From Magnetococcales bacterium DCbin4 (lineage in GTDB: Bacteria; Pseudomonadota; Magnetococcia; Magnetococcales; UBA8363): 64,000 bases of DNA. The stretch is taken from positions 26,651 to 90,650 of the forward strand of contig PEAN01000005.1 in assembly GCA_002753735.1 (NCBI GenBank), written 5' to 3'. The position numbers and the translations under genes were made by a program. Under the pieces are notes generated by a model that did not search any database, was not told the DNA's origin, and saw only the letters and a program-made list of their open reading frames with translations. Position 1 is the first letter of the stretch. Each line of letters begins with the position of its first letter. This document shows positions 9,246 to 18,966 of this stretch, in pieces.

Positions 9246-10115
9246 TCAAAGGTTTTGTCGGGTCTTGTCTTTTTGTTGCAGATTTTGCAGATCACTGACG
9301 GTGGCACCGTCCATGCCGCGCATGTAGACCAATACCGGCACATTGCCACTGTTGCGAACCACCACCTCATCCCCCTGCCGCGGTTCACGCAATGTGGCAA
9401 AACCGATGCCGTCGATGGTAAACAACCGCACCGTCTCACCCGATACCCCTCCGGCATAGTGAATCACTTCAAGAGAAGCGGGCTGGACCGATTCAAATTG
9501 AAGCAGAACGGGATCCTTGCCCCCGTTGTTCAAGGAAAGCCGGGTCGCAGCACCTGGGGGAACGACAAAACGATTGGTCCAATTGACCCGAGCCTCCGCC
9601 TGATTGAACTGCACATCCTGAATCGCCAGGCGTGGCGGTGTCGAAACGGAGGTCACACCGCCCGGGCGCACCAGGTCACGATCCATGGAAGGGAAGAGCC
9701 CCAGGGCGAGCACCACGGCCGCCACCCCCCCGACAAAGGAAAAAGGTTGCAACAAGACGGTCCGCGGTGAAAAAAACCATGCCCAGAGGTGACGCACGAA
9801 ACTGCCAAAGGAATTTCGTTGCGCCTGTCCTGCGACCATGGCGGCAACCGCTTTTCCGGTGAGGTTTGTTCCGACAACCATTCGCCGTTCCTGTTGCAAC
9901 GCCTCCTGGAACCCATGTTCCAAACCCAATAGTTGCGCCATTTCCTCCAGGGCTGGAGGTTGCGTGACCGCCAAACGATACAGATGACGCATTTCCGCCC
10001 GATTGAGATCGGCTTCGAGGCCACGGCTGATCAATTCCTGGTCTTGTTCGTCCAACATGAACCACTCCCCGAAATTTTGTCGGAAATCCATTCTATTCCG
10101 CAAGGCCATTCCCAT
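9246..10115 (-). CDS. putative anti-sigma factor / single-pass membrane protein
   Basis: Lies immediately downstream of the ECF sigma gene on the same strand. Has one central hydrophobic segment (LLQPFSFVGGVAAVVLALGLF) separating a cytoplasmic N-terminal part from a roughly 140-aa C-terminal part. No zf-HC2 motif seen, so the call rests on context. Confidence 0.45.
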   Translation of the reverse strand: MGMALRNRMDFRQNFGEWFMLDEQDQELISRGLEADLNRAEMRHLYRLAVTQPPALEEMAQLLGLEHGFQEALQQERRMVVGTNLTGKAVAAMVAGQAQRNSFGSFVRHLWAWFFSPRTVLLQPFSFVGGVAAVVLALGLFPSMDRDLVRPGGVTSVSTPPRLAIQDVQFNQAEARVNWTNRFVVPPGAATRLSLNNGGKDPVLLQFESVQPASLEVIHYAGGVSGETVRLFTIDGIGFATLREPRQGDEVVVRNSGNVPVLVYMRGMDGATVSDLQNLQQKDKTRQNL

Positions 10116-10172
10116 CTATCCATGGGTAACCGAAAACCTGAAAAAGTTTCAAGGAATCGGTATGGGAAAGCC

Positions 10173-10769
10173 TTAAAGGGAGTCAAAGGTGAACAGATCG
10201 CCGGTACCATCGGAGGCAAACCCGGCACGCAAAGCCTTTCTGGCCCTGAACACCCGGGTTTTGACAGTCGCTTCAGGCAGTTCCAACAATTTGGCCGCCT
10301 CCCGATAACTCAACCCTTCCAGACAGACCAACACCAGGGCTTCGCGCAGATCCCGGGACAGGTAGCTTTGAATGCCATGGGTCAGGGCGACAAGCCGGGC
10401 CTGTCTTTGACAGGCATCGTGAGGGTTGTTACCGTCATCGACAACTTCAGTCAGATCGACATCTTCGGCGATGGAAAAACGAAAGGAGGAAGAACGGTTG
10501 ACATGATTGAGCACCAGGTTGCGTGCGATTCCCAACACCCAGGTTGAAAACATCGAATTACCACGAAAATGTTCCAGATTGCGGCAGACCTCAACAAAGG
10601 TCTCCTGGGTCAGGTCCTGAGCGTCTTCATGGGTAAGGGAATGGCGAAGGATGAAACGGAAAACACGCTGTTCCAGACGTTTCAAAAGATGCGAAAACGC
10701 CTGGGTATCACCCTTTTTCGCCGCTTCCACATCCCTGAGGTCGGGATCCGGGCTTTTACTGATGGTCAC
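10173..10769 (-). CDS. RNA polymerase ECF-type sigma-70 factor
   Basis: Region 2 (DAQDLTQETFVEVCRNLEHFRGNSMFSTWVLGIARN) and region 4 (LREALVLVCLEGLSYREAAKLLELPEATVKTRVFRARKAL). Start placed at GTG 10769, overlapping the upstream stop (GTGA) and giving about 198 aa. The ORF-track start at 10946 would overlap the previous gene by 180 nt. Confidence 0.85.
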   Translation of the reverse strand: MTISKSPDPDLRDVEAAKKGDTQAFSHLLKRLEQRVFRFILRHSLTHEDAQDLTQETFVEVCRNLEHFRGNSMFSTWVLGIARNLVLNHVNRSSSFRFSIAEDVDLTEVVDDGNNPHDACQRQARLVALTHGIQSYLSRDLREALVLVCLEGLSYREAAKLLELPEATVKTRVFRARKALRAGFASDGTGDLFTFDSL

Positions 10770-11140
10770 CGCGATGTTCCGACAATGCAAAAGATTTGTG
10801 ATGCCGTTCCGGTAATGATCACCTGCCCCTGGGCAGACACCCGGGTACGACACTCCGCATTCCATCCCGGCTGACTGTTCTGGGAAACGGGAACATATCC
10901 GGTGACGACCAACAGGGAGGCGATGGATTGATTGTTTTTCAGACAATCATCGCAACAGACACTGCCACCCGGGGCGATATCGGCTTCGAAGGCGGTGCGG
11001 TCCAGGGATTGGCCATGAATTGAGACATTGGTATCATTGACCAGACAGAAGGCATCGGCTCCAACCGGAACCATGATCATGATTCCCATGAATACCATCC
11101 CGAAAATCACCCACTGATTTATATATTTTATTACATTCAT
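10766..11140 (-). CDS. small secreted Cys-containing hypothetical protein
   Basis: From Met52 of the ORF: MNVIKYINQWVIFGMVFMGIMIMVPVGADA looks like a signal peptide. The mature part has 7 Cys including VCCDDC. First gene of the sigma/anti-sigma unit. No family recognised. Confidence 0.45.
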   Translation of the reverse strand: MNVIKYINQWVIFGMVFMGIMIMVPVGADAFCLVNDTNVSIHGQSLDRTAFEADIAPGGSVCCDDCLKNNQSIASLLVVTGYVPVSQNSQPGWNAECRTRVSAQGQVIITGTASQIFCIVGTSR

Positions 11141-11411
11141 GATTCCACTCTTCATATTCTTTAAAAGAATCTCCACAATGGCCATCACCCCATTATACCT
11201 GTCCGCAACCAACTTACCATGGTCCGCATCCATGAAGATGGGTGACCGCGAGAGAAAAAAAGTTTCCTTGAGAATGTGATCTCGGCCCATCAAATGAGAT
11301 CCGACAACGAAACCTGTCTTTCCAATCCGTTACCCATCCTATAGAATGGATCCCTTCTTTTTCGGAATTTCCTTGCAATCCACTCCACACCCATTCAAGG
11401 AAGGAAAAAAC

Positions 11412-11795
11412 ATGAACACCGTACATGGTCTGTTGCTTGGTTTGGCACTGGCACTGGCTCATCCAGCGAGTCATGCATGGGCCGACATCATCGACGACGG
11501 TGAGGTGGTCTTTAAAAAATGCAGCGAATGCCATAACATCATCGATGATGGCACGAAAAAAACCGGACCCAATCTGGGAGGGGTCATCGGACGCAAGGCG
11601 GGAACCTTGAAAGGATACACCTATTCCCCCGCCATGGCGGCCAGCGGCTTCCCCTGGAACCGGGAAAACATGGACCGTTACCTCACCAATCCCTCTGCCC
11701 TCGTCCCCGGGACCAAGACAACCTTTCCCGGCCTGAAAGAAGCCGCCGATCGTGCCGCCGTCATCTCTTTCCTCGAGGCTCAATCGGAATCCTGA
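11412..11795 (+). CDS. class I c-type cytochrome (cytochrome c2-like)
   Basis: Signal peptide MNTVHGLLLGLALALAHPASHAWA, heme motif CSECH, GPNLGGVIGRKAG and a distal PGTKTTF. ATG 11412 is preceded by AAGGAAGGA. Confidence 0.85.
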   Translation: MNTVHGLLLGLALALAHPASHAWADIIDDGEVVFKKCSECHNIIDDGTKKTGPNLGGVIGRKAGTLKGYTYSPAMAASGFPWNRENMDRYLTNPSALVPGTKTTFPGLKEAADRAAVISFLEAQSES

Positions 11796-11958
11796 CAACC
11801 TGCCTTGCGGGAATCATTCGGCCCCGGCCGGTCCCGGGGCCATGCTCCTGAAGGTTAAATGGTTCGTTTCCACCCTCCATGCATTTCCCATGTTGCCGAC
11901 GATGGGCTTAAGTGGCAAAATCATAACGGGTGGTGCAATCAGGGCTTGAGATCAACCC

Positions 11959-12141
11959 TTGCCGGAGATCGATGTGCGTCTTTTGCTTCGCGGACTTGTT
12001 CCCACACTGGTACTGTGGTCCCTTCTGGTCGGCTGCGGACACAAGGACAATCTTTTTCTGGAAGTGGACAAACCGGAAAAACAAGCTCAACCCATGCCCC
12101 AACCGCCAAAACCCGCTCAACCACCGGCTCAGGGTTCCTGA
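11959..12141 (+). CDS. small lipoprotein (LptM/YifL-like), upstream of lysA
   Basis: Lipobox LLVGC followed by GHKDNLFL and a Pro/Gln-rich tail. A small lipoprotein directly upstream of lysA/dapF is a recurrent proteobacterial arrangement. Confidence 0.5.
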   Translation: MPEIDVRLLLRGLVPTLVLWSLLVGCGHKDNLFLEVDKPEKQAQPMPQPPKPAQPPAQGS

Positions 12142-12174
12142 TCCTCTTTCCGCGCCCCGCAAGACTGGCCAGCC

Positions 12175-13437
12175 ATGGACCATTTTCACTATCTGGATGA
12201 TCGGATCCATTGCGAAGAGGTCCCATTGGACCAGATCGCCGAAGCGGTAGGGACTCCGTTCTACTGCTACTCCGCAAAAACATTGACCCACCATCTGGCG
12301 GTGTTTCAACAGGCGTTCGCCAAAACAACCCATTTGATCTGCTATTCGGTCAAGGCCAACAGCAACCTGGCCGTGCTTGATCTCCTGGCACGCAACGGTG
12401 CCGGTTTTGATATCGTTTCGGGCGGTGAACTGGAACGGGTCCGCCGGATCGGCTGTCCGGGAAATAAAATCGTCTTCTCGGGCGTTGGCAAGACCAGGGA
12501 AGAAATTCGTCAGGCTTTGCGTCATGGCATCCTCATGTTCAATGTCGAAAGCCGTTCCGAACTCTACCGCATCGACACCCTGGCGGGAGAATTGGGCGTC
12601 AAGGCACCGGTGGCCCTGCGCATCAACCCCGATGTCGATCCCAAAACCCATCCCCACATTTCCACCGGTCTCAAACGCAACAAATTCGGGATTCCCTACC
12701 ACAATGCCCTGGAGCTGTATCGCAACGCCGCGCAACTGTCCCATATTCATATCATGGGTCTGGATTGTCACATCGGTTCCCAATTGACCACCCTCTCCCC
12801 GTTCGTCGATGCCCTCAAACGGGTACTGACCCTGGTAAGCGCCTTGAAACGTGAAGGGATCCATCTGACCCATCTCGACCTGGGCGGTGGATTGGGAATC
12901 CCGTATGACCAATCCCGACCCCCTCCCCTGCCCGATCATTACGCCGGCGCCCTGCTTCAGGAATTGGATGGGTTCGATCTGACCTTGATCCTGGAACCGG
13001 GCCGGGTGATCGTCGGCAATGCGGGGGTTCTCGTCACCCGGGTGGAATACATCAAGGATAATGAGGATAAACGGTTCATCATCACCGATGCCGGCATGAA
13101 CGATCTGATGCGTCCGGCGCTCTACAATGCCTATCACGGCATCCAACCGGTCGTGCGTCGTTTTGGTGAGGAAGAGACGGTGGTGGATGTCGTCGGTCCC
13201 ATCTGTGAATCGGGTGATTTTTTCGCCCGTGACCGGCTGCTCCCCCCCTTTGCCGAAGGGGATCTGTTGATGGTCCGTTCGGCAGGGGCCTATGGCTTCG
13301 TCATGAGCGGTAATTACAATACCCGGCCCAGAGCCGCCGAGGTCCTGGTCCAGGGCAACCGCTTTACGGTTGTTCGCCGTCGGGAAACCCTGGATGAACT
13401 GCTCAACCATGAAACCCTGCTCCCGCAGGGGTCATGA
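12175..13437 (+). CDS. lysA: diaminopimelate decarboxylase
   Basis: 420 aa. TPFYCYS, YSVKANSN (PLP lysine), GAGFDIVSGGEL, LDLGGGLGIPY and CESGD motifs of the group IV decarboxylase LysA. Confidence 0.95.
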   Translation: MDHFHYLDDRIHCEEVPLDQIAEAVGTPFYCYSAKTLTHHLAVFQQAFAKTTHLICYSVKANSNLAVLDLLARNGAGFDIVSGGELERVRRIGCPGNKIVFSGVGKTREEIRQALRHGILMFNVESRSELYRIDTLAGELGVKAPVALRINPDVDPKTHPHISTGLKRNKFGIPYHNALELYRNAAQLSHIHIMGLDCHIGSQLTTLSPFVDALKRVLTLVSALKREGIHLTHLDLGGGLGIPYDQSRPPPLPDHYAGALLQELDGFDLTLILEPGRVIVGNAGVLVTRVEYIKDNEDKRFIITDAGMNDLMRPALYNAYHGIQPVVRRFGEEETVVDVVGPICESGDFFARDRLLPPFAEGDLLMVRSAGAYGFVMSGNYNTRPRAAEVLVQGNRFTVVRRRETLDELLNHETLLPQGS

Positions 13438-13672
13438 AATCAAACAACCAGGGCTTTCTGCCCTCGCCCACATGTCGAAAGATCGCCGCCATTGGTTCCG
13501 GTTTGGATCCCTGATTGTTCCAAAGGGCCGATTATTTGACAAGTCAAGGATGACATGTGTGAATGAGTCATTGTCATTGACCCCTGTTTCAGATAAGAAA
13601 CTCTAAAAACCGACACGCTTTGGTGACACAAGCCTGATCAAATGATTCCGACAGACAGAAAGATTCGATTCC

Positions 13673-14770
13673 ATGCGCTTCATCGATTTGCAAACCCAAT
13701 ATGAAACCTACAAGGAAGAGATGGACCGGGCCATCGCCGAAGTCCTGGCTTCCTGTCAGTTCATCAACGGCCCGCAGGTTGCGAAACTGGAATCGACCCT
13801 TGCGCACTATGTCGGTGTTCGTGAAGCCGTCGGTTTTTCCTCGGGGACGGACAGTCTGTTGGCGGTGTTGATGGCCTGGTCGATCGGACCGGGCGATGAA
13901 GTGATCACCAGCCCGTTCACATTTTTTTCCACGGCGGAGGTCATTGCCCTGCTGGGGGCCAAACCGGTTTTTGTGGATGTCCGCGACGACACCTTGAACA
14001 TGGATCCCCATCAGGTGGAAGCGGCCATCACCCCCCGCACCCGGGCCATCATGCCGGTGAGCATTTTCGGACAATGCGCCGATATGACATCGATCCATGC
14101 CATCGCCAAAAAACATGATCTTTCATGCCTGGAAGATGGATGTCAATCCTTCGGCGGAACCCATCATGGGCGCCGCTCATGTGGTTTGTCCCATGCCGGG
14201 GCCACCTCCTTTTTCCCCGCCAAAGCCTTGGGAGGTTATGGAGATGGCGGCATGGTGTTCACCGACGATGCCGATCTGGCACTCCAGCTTAAAAGCATTC
14301 GCGAACATGGACAAAAGGTCCGTTACCATCATATGCGGTTGGGGATGAACGGACGCCTGGATACATTGCAGGCGGCGGTATTGCTGGTCAAGTTCGCCCA
14401 TTTCGAAGATGAAATCAAACAACGGCAGCGGATTGCCCGTTATTATCTGGATCACCTGCCCGCAGGCGTTCGTGGTCCGGTGGTATTGGCGGAAAATCAA
14501 AGTGTTTATTCCCAGTTCACCATCCGTATCGCCCGACGTGATCAGGTTCAGGCGGCGTTGCAGCAGGAGGGTATTCCCACCGCGATTCATTATCCGGTTC
14601 CCCTGCACCATCAACCCGCATTTGCCAACATCATCGATAAAAGCACCTTGCCCATCGCCACCCGGGCGGCACAAGAGGTGCTTTCCCTGCCGATGCATCC
14701 CTTTCTAACCGTGGAACAACAGGATCGAATCCTGGACGCCCTGGCCCGGGCGGTTGCGCAGCACGGTTGA
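13673..14770 (+). CDS. DegT/DnrJ/EryC1/StrS-family PLP-dependent sugar aminotransferase
   Basis: 365 aa. FINGPQVAKLE, GTDSLLAVL, TSFFPAKALGGYGDGG (PLP lysine region), SLPMHPFL. Confidence 0.9.
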   Translation: MRFIDLQTQYETYKEEMDRAIAEVLASCQFINGPQVAKLESTLAHYVGVREAVGFSSGTDSLLAVLMAWSIGPGDEVITSPFTFFSTAEVIALLGAKPVFVDVRDDTLNMDPHQVEAAITPRTRAIMPVSIFGQCADMTSIHAIAKKHDLSCLEDGCQSFGGTHHGRRSCGLSHAGATSFFPAKALGGYGDGGMVFTDDADLALQLKSIREHGQKVRYHHMRLGMNGRLDTLQAAVLLVKFAHFEDEIKQRQRIARYYLDHLPAGVRGPVVLAENQSVYSQFTIRIARRDQVQAALQQEGIPTAIHYPVPLHHQPAFANIIDKSTLPIATRAAQEVLSLPMHPFLTVEQQDRILDALARAVAQHG

Positions 14771-14773
14771 GTT

Positions 14774-15001
14774 ATGATGTCCCGAACGACACCTGAAAAT
14801 GACGACATGGCGCTGCGGGAACATTTGGAACTGCTGTATCAGGCATTGATCAAGGTTCCCCGGGGGATGGGGGATCATACCGATTTGTGCCGCATGCACA
14901 ATCAGGGGCTTCCCCCTGCCGATGATCACCTTTGCCGTTGTCATGTCGGCCCGGTTCGTGCCGCCCTGGTCCGTTATCGTTCCTGGAAAGATAAATATTG
15001 A
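14774..15001 (+). CDS. hypothetical small protein (75 aa)
   Basis: Starts 4 nt after the aminotransferase stop, and codon usage looks like neighbouring genes. Contains CRMH...CRCH. The stop TGA lies inside the conserved ATTGAAAG left end of the adjacent repeat. No family recognised, so it could be non-coding. Confidence 0.3.
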   Translation: MMSRTTPENDDMALREHLELLYQALIKVPRGMGDHTDLCRMHNQGLPPADDHLCRCHVGPVRAALVRYRSWKDKY

Positions 15002-15157
15002 AAGAAAAAAGGGGGTCTCAAGGGATTGCCCCCAGGGTTTTGATTTTGACTTTATAAACAAAATCAAAGGCGGGGCATGGAAATCTCCTTGTTTAAATTC
15101 AAAAACAAAATCAACACCCTGGGGGCAATCCCCCAGACCCCTTTTTTTTCTTGATCA
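14997..15157. repeat. palindromic intergenic element, two inverted arms with about 75-nt spacer
   Basis: Left arm is attgaaagaaaaaagggggtctcaagggattgcccccagggttttgatttt. Right arm is aaaatcaacaccctgggggcaatcccccagaccccttttttttcttgatca, the reverse complement of the left arm apart from a few bases. Each arm carries the hairpin CTGGGGG-CAAT-CCCCCAG. Confidence 0.7.
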
Positions 15158-15159
15158 TC

Positions 15160-17387
15160 ATGTATGTGGAAATCGCCCTCCCCATTCCCCTGCAAACCTT
15201 GTTCACCTATGCCCTGCCTGAACCTTTTTCATGGTGCAGACCCGGCAGTCTGGCCCTCGTCCCGGTCGGTCGCACCCAACGGGTCGGTGTCGTCTGGCGC
15301 ATCCTGGAACAACCCCAATGGACCCGGGGAACCATCCGCCCCATCCACGACATCCTGACCCCCGAACCCTTGTTCGACGCCGATCTTTTGTACCTCCTGG
15401 AATGGATCAGCCGCTACTACCTGCGCCCCCTCGGCAGCGTGATCGCCGCCGCCATGCCCGCCCATCTGCGTTTTGAACCGCACCAACGCGCCATCTGGAT
15501 CGGAAGACACCATCCCGTCAAACCGGAACTGGAACCCCTGGTCACCCTCCTGGAAAAACAGAAAAGCCTGACCCTGACCACCCTGAAACGCCATCTGGGC
15601 GCCAAAGGATTGAAAGAAAATCTGCATCACCTGGAACAACAAGGGATCCTGCGCCTGGAAACCCACTACCGGCCCCGCCATTCACCGGAAGCATCACCCC
15701 CGATCCCCCCCTGGGCCCAACCCAACGATGATCCCGCCGATAAAATAACAAGTCATCCGCTGAACCCGGAACAGGGCACTTGCGTCGATTATCTGACCAA
15801 GGGACTCCATGACCGGACATTCCGCCCGTTTCTCCTGGAAGGGGTCACCGGCAGCGGCAAAACCGAGGTTTATTTCCGCATCGTCGAAGCCTGCCTGCAA
15901 TTCGGGCGTCAAGTATTGATGCTGGTGCCGGAAATCGGTCTGACCCCCCAACTGGTCCAACGTTATCGGGAACGATTCAATACGGAACTGTCCATTTTTC
16001 ACTCCGGCATGCGTGACCGGCAACGGTTTGAAGCCTGGCAACAATTGCGTTCCGGTCAGGCCCGCGTGGTCATCGGTACCCGCAGTGCCATTTTCGCCCC
16101 TTTCGCTGATCTTGGCCTCATCGTCGTGGACGAAGAACACGACACTTCCTACAAACAGGAAGGATCGGTCCCCTATCATGGCCGCGACATGGCGGGGGGG
16201 CCGTGGTCCGGGCACAAAAGGCGGGGGCACTTTTGATTCTGGGCAGTGCCACCCCTTCCATGGAGACGCTGCACAACGCCCGGACCGGACGATTCACCCA
16301 CCTCAAGCTCAACCATCGCGCCACGGGTGCCCCACTTCCAAGCATCCGGACCATTCACCTGGGACAAAAGGAAAACCAACGGCCCAACGCCAAAAATCCC
16401 CTGATCAGCCTCCCCCTGGAACAGGCGCTGCGCCAAACCCTGGATCAGGGATTGCAGTCATTGTTGTTTCTCAATCGCCGCGGATGGGCACCCTCATTGT
16501 TGTGTCATCGGTGCGGTCACGCCGTCATGTGTCCCAATTGCACGGTCACCCTGACCTGGCATGAGAAGAAAAAATTACTCATCTGTCATTATTGCGATCA
16601 TCGGCAATCCCCCATGGACATCTGTCCCGATTGCGGTCAGTTGAGCCTGTTTTTTTTCGGCCCCGGCACCGAACAGTTGGAACAGGAAACCCGCCTCCGT
16701 TTCCCCGATGCACGCATTGCCCGAATTGATCGGGATTCGGTCGGAAACAAGGAAATCGATCTGGAACAAACCTTGAGCGCCTTTCATGATGGGCAACTGG
16801 ATATTCTGGTCGGCACCCAGATGACCGCCAAGGGGCACCATTTCCCAAAACTTGCGCTGGTCGGTGTCGTCCTGGCCGAAAGCGCCCTCTGGCAACCCGA
16901 CTTTCGCGCCGCCGAACGGACCTGTCAATTGCTCACCCAGGTTGCAGGCCGGGCGGGGCGTGAGGCAACCGTGGGCCAGGTCTTGATCCAAACCTTCGAT
17001 CCGGCCCATTATGCCCTCAAAGCGGTGGTACACCATGACACGACCGGTTTTGCCCAACAGGAACTGGCATTGCGTCATGAAATCGGTTACCCCCCGTTTC
17101 AAAGATTGGCTTTGCTCCGTTTTTCGGCGCTCAAACAGGAGGATGGGGAACATTATGGCCTCATGTTGGCTCAAAACCTCCCACGATCAGACCAGGCAAC
17201 CCTCCTGGGACCGGCCCCCTCACCCCTGTTCAAACTGCGGGGTCGCTACCGTTGGCAACTCCTGATCAAGGAAAACCCCGGTGCCCGGCTGCATGGATAC
17301 CTCAATCAACTCCTCAAGACCGCAGAAACCCTGGCCCCCAAGGCCATCCGCGTTGACCTGGATGTCGATCCGCACTCTTTTTTATAG
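15160..17387 (+). pseudogene. priA: primosomal protein N-prime (PriA helicase), reading frame broken at a G7 run (frameshift or sequencing error)
   Basis: Two abutting ORFs (15151..16236 and 16203..17387) together give a full PriA. It has Walker A GVTGSGKT, DEEH, the Cys-rich zinc region CHRCGHAVMCPNCTVTLTWH...CHYCDH...CPDC, and helicase C motifs. The frames join if the G7 run 16194..16200 is read as G8 (RDMAGGAVVRAQKAGALLILGSATPS). Start is ATG 15160 (MYVEIALP). Confidence 0.85.
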
Positions 17388-17487
17388 CCAACGCTTTGGT
17401 TCAGGGAGCAATCGTGATTAAAATGAGGTCCATGGAACCATGAACCGTGTTTCCATGCATTGATCAACCATCAACAAGGTCTCCATC

Positions 17488-18000
17488 ATGGCCGTGCTGC
17501 CCATCCTCACCGCTCCCGACCGGCGACTCAAACAAATCGCCAAACCGGTGGCTGAAGTGAACGATTCCCTGCGTCAACTCATGGATGACATGGCCGAAAC
17601 CATGTACGCCGCCGTCGGCATCGGCCTGGCCGCCCCCCAGGTTGGGATTTCGCAGCGCGTCATCTGCATCGATCTGAACCATGCCCACGAAGGGCATGAA
17701 AAAAATCCCATCTTCATCGCCAATCCCGTCATCGTTCACGCCGAAGGGGAGATCTGCTGGAAAGAGGGATGCCTGTCGATCCCCGAGTACACCGCCGAAG
17801 TGACCCGTTCTTCCCGTGTGATCGTCCATGGTCTCGACCGCAACAACCAATCGCTGACCCTCGAAGGGACCGAGCTTCTGGCCGTTTGTCTGCAACATGA
17901 AATCGATCATTTGAACGGCAAACTGTTCATCGACCACATTTCCATGCTGAAACGGTCGATGTTGATGAAAAAATTGAAAAAACAAAAAGAGGGGGATTGA
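17488..18000 (+). CDS. def: peptide deformylase
   Basis: GIGLAAPQVG, EGCLSIP, HEIDHLNG motifs; 170 aa. Confidence 0.95.
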   Translation: MAVLPILTAPDRRLKQIAKPVAEVNDSLRQLMDDMAETMYAAVGIGLAAPQVGISQRVICIDLNHAHEGHEKNPIFIANPVIVHAEGEICWKEGCLSIPEYTAEVTRSSRVIVHGLDRNNQSLTLEGTELLAVCLQHEIDHLNGKLFIDHISMLKRSMLMKKLKKQKEGD

Positions 18001-18003
18001 TTC

Positions 18004-18966
18004 ATGACCCCTTTGAAGATCGTGTTCATGGGGACTCCCGATTTTGCGGTCCCCAGCCTCGCCGCCCTGATCTCCAGCCCCGATACGGTCGTCGGCGTCT
18101 TCACCCAACCCGATCGGGTCGCCGGACGAGGGCTGCGTCTCCAACCCTCCCCGGTCAAACAGCACGCCCTGGCCCATGGATTGACCGTGCATCAACCCAC
18201 CACGCTGCGCCATCCCGATGCCGTCACCCTGCTCCAATCGTTGCAACCCGACCTGATCGTCGTCACCGCCTACGGTTTGCTCCTCCCCCCTGCGATTCTC
18301 GCCATCCCCGGTCATGGTTGCATCAATGTCCATGCCTCGCTGTTACCCCGGTGGCGGGGTGCCGCCCCCCTGCACCGGGCCATCCTGGCGGGGGATCGGG
18401 AAACCGGCGTGACCATCATGGCCATGGAGGCGGGATTGGATACCGGCCCCATCCTTGCCATGGACACAACCCCCATCGACGACACCATGACCGGTGGCCG
18501 TTTGCATGACCAACTGGCTGAACAGGGGGCGCGTCTGTTGACCACCACCCTCGCCGCCTTGAAGATGGGAACCCTCAAACCCCAACCCCAACCCACCACA
18601 GGGATCACCTACGCCGAAAAATTGACCCGCGATGATGAATGGATCCACTGGAACCAGGAGGCCACCCTCATCCACCGCCAAATCCGTGCCTTGAATCCCT
18701 GGCCCGGTGCCCGCACCACCTTTCAGGGACACACCTTGAAAATCATCGCCGCCCACCCTGCCGAAAGGAATCAACAGGGACAACCTGGAGAAATCATCAC
18801 CCTCCTGGAGTCCGGTTTTGAAGTCGCCTGCGGTCAAGGGTCGCTGATTGTGACCCGGGTCACCCCCAGTGGCAAAAAAACCATGTCCGCCGCCGCCTGG
18901 ATCCACGGTCGCCATCTGACCACCGGCAACCTCCTGGGCGCATCACAACCAACCGACCGTCTGTAG
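18004..18966 (+). CDS. fmt: methionyl-tRNA formyltransferase
   Basis: IVFMGTPDFAVPSL, INVHASLLPRWRGAAP, and a C-terminal Fmt domain. Lies directly after def. Confidence 0.95.
   Translation: MTPLKIVFMGTPDFAVPSLAALISSPDTVVGVFTQPDRVAGRGLRLQPSPVKQHALAHGLTVHQPTTLRHPDAVTLLQSLQPDLIVVTAYGLLLPPAILAIPGHGCINVHASLLPRWRGAAPLHRAILAGDRETGVTIMAMEAGLDTGPILAMDTTPIDDTMTGGRLHDQLAEQGARLLTTTLAALKMGTLKPQPQPTTGITYAEKLTRDDEWIHWNQEATLIHRQIRALNPWPGARTTFQGHTLKIIAAHPAERNQQGQPGEIITLLESGFEVACGQGSLIVTRVTPSGKKTMSAAAWIHGRHLTTGNLLGASQPTDRL

Noticed and set aside
11908-13410. 500-aa minus-strand ORF covering the lysA locus.
   Set aside because: It is antisense to an unambiguous LysA with all PLP-decarboxylase motifs. Its product is low-complexity with no recognisable motif.
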